Origin: Candidatus Bipolaricaulota bacterium
GTDB lineage: Bacteria; Bipolaricaulota; Bipolaricaulia; UBA7950; UBA9294
Direction: 5' to 3'
Assembly: GCA_040752575.1 (NCBI GenBank)
Contig: JBFMGK010000049.1
Location: 1 to 22,269, forward strand
Length of the DNA stretch: 22,269 nucleotides
Under the pieces are notes generated by a model. The model did not search any database, was not told the DNA's origin, and was given only the letters and a program-made list of their open reading frames with translations. Made by a program: the position numbers and the translations under genes. Below, in pieces: positions 17,076 to 22,269 of this stretch; position 1 is the first letter of the stretch; each line of letters starts with the position of its first letter.

Positions 17076-17705
17076 ATGGTGGATCGATTGCGCAGAGTGA
17101 CGGGGTGGGCCCTTCTGGTCGCGGCGACGGTTGCACTCGTTGGGCTGGCGGCCGAGGGTCGACAGAAGGTGGCCGTGTTCGTTCAGGCGGCTGCTGCCGT
17201 CCCGACAGCGGACTTGGAGCTGGTTCGCAACTACGCGAGCCAGCGCTGCGCCGTCGTGGCGGGTGCGGACGTCTGCGCGCAGGGCGACCTCATGTTGGCA
17301 CAGCGGGTGGCCAACGCGTTCATTGGCGACAGCCTCACGGTGGAGGGACTGACCCGGTTGTCCGGCGCTCTCGGCGCCGACTACATCGTGATCTTGAGAC
17401 TAGTGCGTTGGGAGAGCGAGATCCTCTACAAGCCCGAGCGTTCGCTCCTCCTTCTGGGCGCAACCTCCTTCCTCGACACCTCGCTGCAATTGTTGGTTAG
17501 CCCACTGGGTCTATTGTTTGGCATCGAAAAGGTCGCGACGGTCGGGCTCCTGGCGTCGGTGTTCAACGCGAGGGGAGACCTTCAGTTCTCGACATCGGTC
17601 ACGGCCGTCGATCGACCACTCTTGTCGCTGCTTACGGCGGATCCGCTGGAAGCGGCAAAGGAAGCGGTCGATTCGGCCTTCTACCAGATTGCCGTGGCCC
17701 TGTAA
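17076..17705 (+). CDS. Exported hypothetical protein, possible CsgG/TolB_N-like alpha/beta fold
   Basis: GGGAGAG RBS and ATG 17076; signal peptide; KVAVF... and LSGALGADYIVILRLVRWE pattern; internal hydrophobic stretch. Confidence 0.65.
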   Translation: MVDRLRRVTGWALLVAATVALVGLAAEGRQKVAVFVQAAAAVPTADLELVRNYASQRCAVVAGADVCAQGDLMLAQRVANAFIGDSLTVEGLTRLSGALGADYIVILRLVRWESEILYKPERSLLLLGATSFLDTSLQLLVSPLGLLFGIEKVATVGLLASVFNARGDLQFSTSVTAVDRPLLSLLTADPLEAAKEAVDSAFYQIAVAL

Positions 17706-17844
17706 CGCCGATGGGAACAAGAAGGAGAGCAGATCGGAGCGTAATCGGTGTTACAGACGATGCCAGACAGGATCTGCTAGAGTGGGGCTGCATTCCTGCT
17801 TCACGCAAGAAGAGAAGATGAGTACGCCGACAAAGGAGGTAGCA

Positions 17845-20061
17845 ATGAGGGTGCGTAAGGTCAGCCTCTTTGGCCTTCCCCTCCTTCTGGCGGTGGTCGT
17901 TCTCCTGCTTCCGACGACGGGATGGGCGCAAGGAAACGGCTTCTACACTGTCAGTCAGGGGAATACGCAGATTCCGATCGAGCCGCTCCAGCAAGCTGGA
18001 GACCCGGCCTCGTTCTACAAGATGACGAACATGCAGGCGGCAACGGGCTTGGAAAAGCCGAACACCGCGGTGATGTTCCTCTACCGGAACACGACCGACG
18101 GTTCCCTGTCGCTGTTCGTCATCCTCGGAGCGGCTACGGGAACGGCGGGATCGACGACGATGACGCTATCGGGCGTTCCCGCGGGCGCAGGGTTCATCGT
18201 TCGCGATGACACGACCGACTTCCGCGACACGTGGCAACTGACGCCCCCGACGGGGAACGTCGCCTGGACCTGGGACCAGGGACGCGGCGACGGCATGGTT
18301 CTCGGCCCCCTTGGGGAGACGTTCGAGCTGACGATGTTCCCGCAGTTCTCGGCGGGCATCACGGCGGTCCAGTTCCGGACGGGGTCGATCCTCAACCCGC
18401 AGACGATCGAATTGAATCGGCTCGACCCGATCGTCGTCGGCGCGATGCAGAATCAGCCCCCGACGGTCTCTTTCAGCGTCTCGACGGGCGACGCGCGGGT
18501 CAACCAGCCGGTCACGTTCGATGCCTCGTACTCCGTGGACCCGGACGGCCAGATCGTGAAATACGAGTGGGACTTCAACGGCGACGGGATCTTCGATCAG
18601 ACGACCACGTCGCCGACGACCACGACGACGTTCACGACCGGCGGCTCGAAAACGGTCACCGTCCGCGCGACGGACGACGAGGGCGCGACGGCGCGAGCCT
18701 CGCAGAGCGTGAGCGTCGGCGAGCTTGCCGTCAAGACGACGCGCACGATCTCGACGTCTGCGGCCCTTCCGGGAAGCACGTTCCTCGTAGTGGTCCGCAT
18801 CGAGCCGCAGATGGACGTCGCGGGCGTCGGCCTCCAGGAGAATCTCCCGGTAGGCTGGCAGATCAAGCCGCTCGAGAACGCCGGCGCGGCGTTCAAGCGA
18901 TCGACGGTTCAGTGGATCTTCGTCGATACGATCCGGGCGAACAGCACCAAGGTCATCTCGTACGAGGTGACCGTCCCGCAGGGTGGAATGTTGATGTCGT
19001 CGACCCTGCCGGTGTGCTTCACGATCACCGGGACGTTCCAGGCGATGACGCCGTTCATGGAGATCCCCGTCGAGGGCGACTCGATGATCGAGATCACGGA
19101 CGCCCTTCCTCTCAAGGAGGCCATTGCGCACCTCGTCCCGCGGATCGGACTCGACACCGAAGACACGATCGACCTTCGGCTGTCCCAGAAGATCGATCCG
19201 GCGCAGCTTACGCGGGCGCTGGAGATGTGGGAGAACGACGAGGCTGTGCCTTGGACGCAGGGCGAGACCATCGACCTCGAGGAGATGAAGGAAATCTCGG
19301 CGTACGCCTACACGTGCACGCCGGTCGACCTTCCGCTTCCGCTCGCGGCGCGGGCCAACATCAACGCGGTGCGAACGATTGCCACGCCGGTCCCGTGCAA
19401 CAATGTCCTGCTCAACTACTACGGGCCGGGCGGCGACATGGCCGCGAGCACGTTCACCGTGAAGGTCGAGATCTGGGCCGATCAGGACCTCTACGGCGTG
19501 GGGCTCAAAGAAGAGCTCCCACCCGGTTGGAGGGTGATCCCGGTGCAGAACGACGGCTTCACGTTCAAGCGGTCGCGCACGGAGTGGGTCTATCCGACGA
19601 AGCTGCCGGCCCGGACGACGAAGATCATCATCTACCAGGTCGAGGTTCCTCAGACCCAGATGATCGAGATGTCGGCGAGCGATCCGTGCTACGCGAGCTC
19701 GAACGACCTCTACGGCGTCGTGGACTCGGCTCTGCCGTGCATGGAGACGGTGGTGACGGGCGACAGCGGCGTGGATGTGAGCGAGTGCGTCTCTGTTCTC
19801 GTCGCGATCTCGCGTTGGGACGTCGAGAACGATCGCTTGGACATCACCCTCTCGGACAAGATCTCGTTCCAGCAGGTGCAGCGTGCCATCGCGTTCTGGC
19901 TCGAAGACGAGGTGGTTCCGTGGACCTGCGGCCAGACCGTGGGTTACCACATGCTGAAGGAGATCATCGCCTACTGGCTGACCGGCACGAACATCTGCGA
20001 TCCGCTTCCGTCGGCTCCTGCCGGCCCGTGCGATCCGGATGCGTGGCTGTGCGACAGCTAG
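17845..20061 (+). CDS. Secreted multidomain surface protein: unknown N-domain, PKD, two tandem [beta-sandwich + dockerin-like] modules
   Basis: AAAGGAGGT RBS before ATG 17845; signal peptide ending GWA-Q; PKD (NQPP...FDASYSVDPDG...YEWDFNGDG); internal duplication (GVGLQENLPVGWQI / GVGLKEELPPGWRV; VPWTQGETI / VPWTCGQTV). Confidence 0.88.
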   Translation: MRVRKVSLFGLPLLLAVVVLLLPTTGWAQGNGFYTVSQGNTQIPIEPLQQAGDPASFYKMTNMQAATGLEKPNTAVMFLYRNTTDGSLSLFVILGAATGTAGSTTMTLSGVPAGAGFIVRDDTTDFRDTWQLTPPTGNVAWTWDQGRGDGMVLGPLGETFELTMFPQFSAGITAVQFRTGSILNPQTIELNRLDPIVVGAMQNQPPTVSFSVSTGDARVNQPVTFDASYSVDPDGQIVKYEWDFNGDGIFDQTTTSPTTTTTFTTGGSKTVTVRATDDEGATARASQSVSVGELAVKTTRTISTSAALPGSTFLVVVRIEPQMDVAGVGLQENLPVGWQIKPLENAGAAFKRSTVQWIFVDTIRANSTKVISYEVTVPQGGMLMSSTLPVCFTITGTFQAMTPFMEIPVEGDSMIEITDALPLKEAIAHLVPRIGLDTEDTIDLRLSQKIDPAQLTRALEMWENDEAVPWTQGETIDLEEMKEISAYAYTCTPVDLPLPLAARANINAVRTIATPVPCNNVLLNYYGPGGDMAASTFTVKVEIWADQDLYGVGLKEELPPGWRVIPVQNDGFTFKRSRTEWVYPTKLPARTTKIIIYQVEVPQTQMIEMSASDPCYASSNDLYGVVDSALPCMETVVTGDSGVDVSECVSVLVAISRWDVENDRLDITLSDKISFQQVQRAIAFWLEDEVVPWTCGQTVGYHMLKEIIAYWLTGTNICDPLPSAPAGPCDPDAWLCDS

Positions 20062-20106
20062 CGGTGCGGGGCGCCCGCGTGCGCCCGGCGAGGAGATGAT
20101 GAAGCC

Positions 20107-22269
20107 ATGAGAACGACCAAGAACACGGCGAGGGGGAAGCCCCTCGCCGTGTGCCTTCTCTTCCTGTTGTTGGCGGGTGCCTCCGGGGCGGCGTGGGGTG
20201 AGGGAACGCTCGCGATCGAACAGACCTTGACGCCTGCCGAGATCCACGTGGCCGGCACAGGGGTGTCGCCGACCGTGGCGACGTTGAGCATGAAGCTCGT
20301 CGGACAGGGGGCGGTGGATCGCTTCCCTCTTGACTGCGTGATCGTCGTGGATGCTTCGGCGACGTCGCAGTTGTCGTTGGCCAAGCAATTCGCGCTGGAT
20401 TTCGTCAACCGCCTCGGCTCCGAGGACCGCGTCGGCGTCGTGTCCTTCGCGACGACGGCCGTCCTTCAGACCGGCCTCACGTCCGACCGGGCGGCGGCGA
20501 AGATCGCTCTCGGAAACATCGGCGGCGGCGACAAGTCCGCCTTGGGCGCGGGACTTCTTCTCGCGCGGCGGGAGCTTCAGCAGAACGGCCGCGAGGAAGC
20601 GGTTCTGGCCGTCTTGCTGTTGGCCGACGGGCAGAACAACGTCGGCGAGGCGCCGACCGTCGAGGGGCAGCTTGCCGGCGAAACGGGTGTGCGCATCGTT
20701 TCCGTGGGGATCGGTGACCTGATCAACCGTGCATTGCTCCAGGACCTAGCCGATGCGTCGGGCGGCCTGTTCTTCGTACGGCCGTCGATGGAGGCGCTGG
20801 ACGCGATCGTGAGCCACCTCGAGGTGCGGACGGCGGCATCGTCCATCGAGATCCACAAGCGCCTTCCGGAAGGCGTGCGATTCGTCGGCGCAGCGCCCGG
20901 GCCAACGCAGACGCGGACCGAGCGCGACGGCACAACGCTCGTCGTGTGGAAGCTCGCGGACCTGTCTTTGGGCCAGGAGCTGCGGATCGACGTTCGGCTT
21001 GAGGCGACGGAGAAGGGAACGTGGCCGACGGACGAGGGATCGGTCGTGGTCTACCGCGACTATCGGTACCTTGAGCGGGAGGTTGGGATCTCGCCGCTCC
21101 GCCTTGTCGCGGTCACGCCCAACATCCCCCCAGTGGCGGCGTTCGACGTGCTCGGAGAGGAGTGGTCCACGGCGGAAGCCGTTGGTTTTGCGGACCGCTC
21201 GGCCGACGTGGAGGACGGCTGGATCACGGGCTGGCGCTGGACCTTCGGCGACGGTGGCGCGAGCACGGCCGCGGCGCCCGAGCACCGCTACGCGGCGAGC
21301 GGGACCTATACGGTGACGTTGGTCGTCGTCGACGATCGCGGGGCAGAGTCGCTTCCGGCCTCGAAGACCGTCGTGGTCGGCAACGCTCGGCCTGTCGCGA
21401 GCTTCGCCCTTCGGGACGCCGACACGATGGAACTCCTCGACCGGCCTCGCGTGGGGCTGGAGTTCATTCTCGATGGGACCAGCTCGTATGACCTGGACGG
21501 TCGCGTCGTGGCCTTCGCCTGGGACATGGACGGCGACGGAGTCGCCGACGTGGAGTCCACAGACGGCGAGGGGCGGTACACCGTGACCACGCCGGGGGAG
21601 CACGTCTTCTCGCTCCTGGTCACCGATGACCTCGGCGGAGCCGCCAGCGCGTCACGCACGTTCGACGTGCTGTCGAGCGTCTCCGCGGTGCGCCTCATCG
21701 AGACGTGCATGCCCGACGATCGCACGATCGGCGGAGCTGTGGCAACCGTGACCGTGACGGTGACGGCAAATGCGACCCTGAACGGCATCGCGGTCAGCGA
21801 GACGATCCCCGCGGGGTGGACGTTCACGTCGATCGAGACCGATGGTGCGACGCTGAAGACCTCGGGGACGGTGGCCGAGTGGGTGTTCACCGAGCGATTC
21901 GCCGAGACGACCTCCGACGTACACCGAGAGATCAAGTACACCCTGAAGGCTCCCGCGACGTGTCCCGAGGAGCGGCAGATGGAGACGATCCGCGGGTATG
22001 CGGGGAGTTCGTCGCCACGCGTCTCGATCGTCACCGGCGGCGAGGACAAGCTGACGCTTGTCCGATACTTGCCCGTGCCGGTTGTGATCTCGCGCTGGAA
22101 TACGGTGACCTCGGCGGTTGAGCTCTGCTTGGGAGACCGGATTGCATTCGATCAGATCCAATACGCCGTCGCGCTCTGGATCTCCGGAGCGACGGTTCCG
22201 CAGACGAACAACGCGGTCGTCGATCTCCCGACGCTTCAGGACCTGATCGCCTACTGGCTTACGGGAAGT
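20107..22269 (+). CDS. 3'-partial secreted protein: VWA domain, DUF11-like sandwich, two PKD domains, [beta-sandwich + dockerin-like] module
   Basis: Translated by hand and open from ATG 20107 to the window end (721 codons). Signal peptide; LDCVIVVDASAT, DRVGVVSF, LLLADGQNN, IVSVGIG (VWA); WRWTFGDG and AWDMDGDG (PKD); ends ...WISGATVPQTNNAVVDLPTLQDLIAYWLTGS. Confidence 0.9.
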   Translation, partial: MRTTKNTARGKPLAVCLLFLLLAGASGAAWGEGTLAIEQTLTPAEIHVAGTGVSPTVATLSMKLVGQGAVDRFPLDCVIVVDASATSQLSLAKQFALDFVNRLGSEDRVGVVSFATTAVLQTGLTSDRAAAKIALGNIGGGDKSALGAGLLLARRELQQNGREEAVLAVLLLADGQNNVGEAPTVEGQLAGETGVRIVSVGIGDLINRALLQDLADASGGLFFVRPSMEALDAIVSHLEVRTAASSIEIHKRLPEGVRFVGAAPGPTQTRTERDGTTLVVWKLADLSLGQELRIDVRLEATEKGTWPTDEGSVVVYRDYRYLEREVGISPLRLVAVTPNIPPVAAFDVLGEEWSTAEAVGFADRSADVEDGWITGWRWTFGDGGASTAAAPEHRYAASGTYTVTLVVVDDRGAESLPASKTVVVGNARPVASFALRDADTMELLDRPRVGLEFILDGTSSYDLDGRVVAFAWDMDGDGVADVESTDGEGRYTVTTPGEHVFSLLVTDDLGGAASASRTFDVLSSVSAVRLIETCMPDDRTIGGAVATVTVTVTANATLNGIAVSETIPAGWTFTSIETDGATLKTSGTVAEWVFTERFAETTSDVHREIKYTLKAPATCPEERQMETIRGYAGSSSPRVSIVTGGEDKLTLVRYLPVPVVISRWNTVTSAVELCLGDRIAFDQIQYAVALWISGATVPQTNNAVVDLPTLQDLIAYWLTGS

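Noticed and set aside
18598..18640. ACG/ACC-rich low-complexity run resembling a tandem repeat
   Set aside because: It encodes the Thr-rich PKD strand (TTTSPTTTTTFTT) and is not a DNA repeat or CRISPR array.
20096..20110. Micro-ORF MMKP overlapping the VWA gene start (ATGA)
   Set aside because: The AGGAG is too close to these ATGs (0-3 nt) and fits the 20107 start acceptably; there is no evidence of function.
13322..20388. Long antisense and alternate-frame ORFs (e.g. 13322..15076 -, 18166..20388 -, 18231..20099 +; also 1922..3487 + and 9365..10738 +)
   Set aside because: They are shadows of real genes in high-GC DNA, with Arg/Gly/Pro-rich translations and no recognisable motifs.
1..22269. 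Mobile elements, prophage, CRISPR arrays or defence systems
   Set aside because: I saw no transposase, integrase, cas or phage motifs, no regularly spaced direct repeats and no obvious compositional island.

Overview
GC-rich bacterial chromosomal window with about 16 protein-coding genes. I found no rRNA, tRNA, mobile element or CRISPR array. Housekeeping genes are tgt, upp, tldD/tldE, a type-2 ileS, purA and rplM; rplM stands alone, followed by a terminator instead of rpsI. They are interleaved with many exported or surface proteins: a partial PKD protein ending in a T9SS/FlgD-like C-terminal sorting domain next to a PorV/PorQ-like beta-barrel gene, a DUF4015-like glycoside hydrolase, a NosD-type beta-helix fused to DUF192, a PKD-thioredoxin lipoprotein, and a three-gene cluster at the right end. 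In that cluster two large secreted PKD proteins (one with a VWA domain, absent from the ORF track because it runs off the window) share three copies of a 'beta-sandwich + dockerin-like helix pair' module. Gene content and the archaeal-looking surface modules suggest Bipolaricaulota (Acetothermia/OP1) or a similar deep-branching lineage; this is inference only. The best leads are (1) a possible modular surface-assembly system coupled to T9SS-like export outside Bacteroidota, and (2) a candidate leader-peptide attenuator in front of ileS in place of a T-box. All family assignments come from motif recognition by eye, not database searches.
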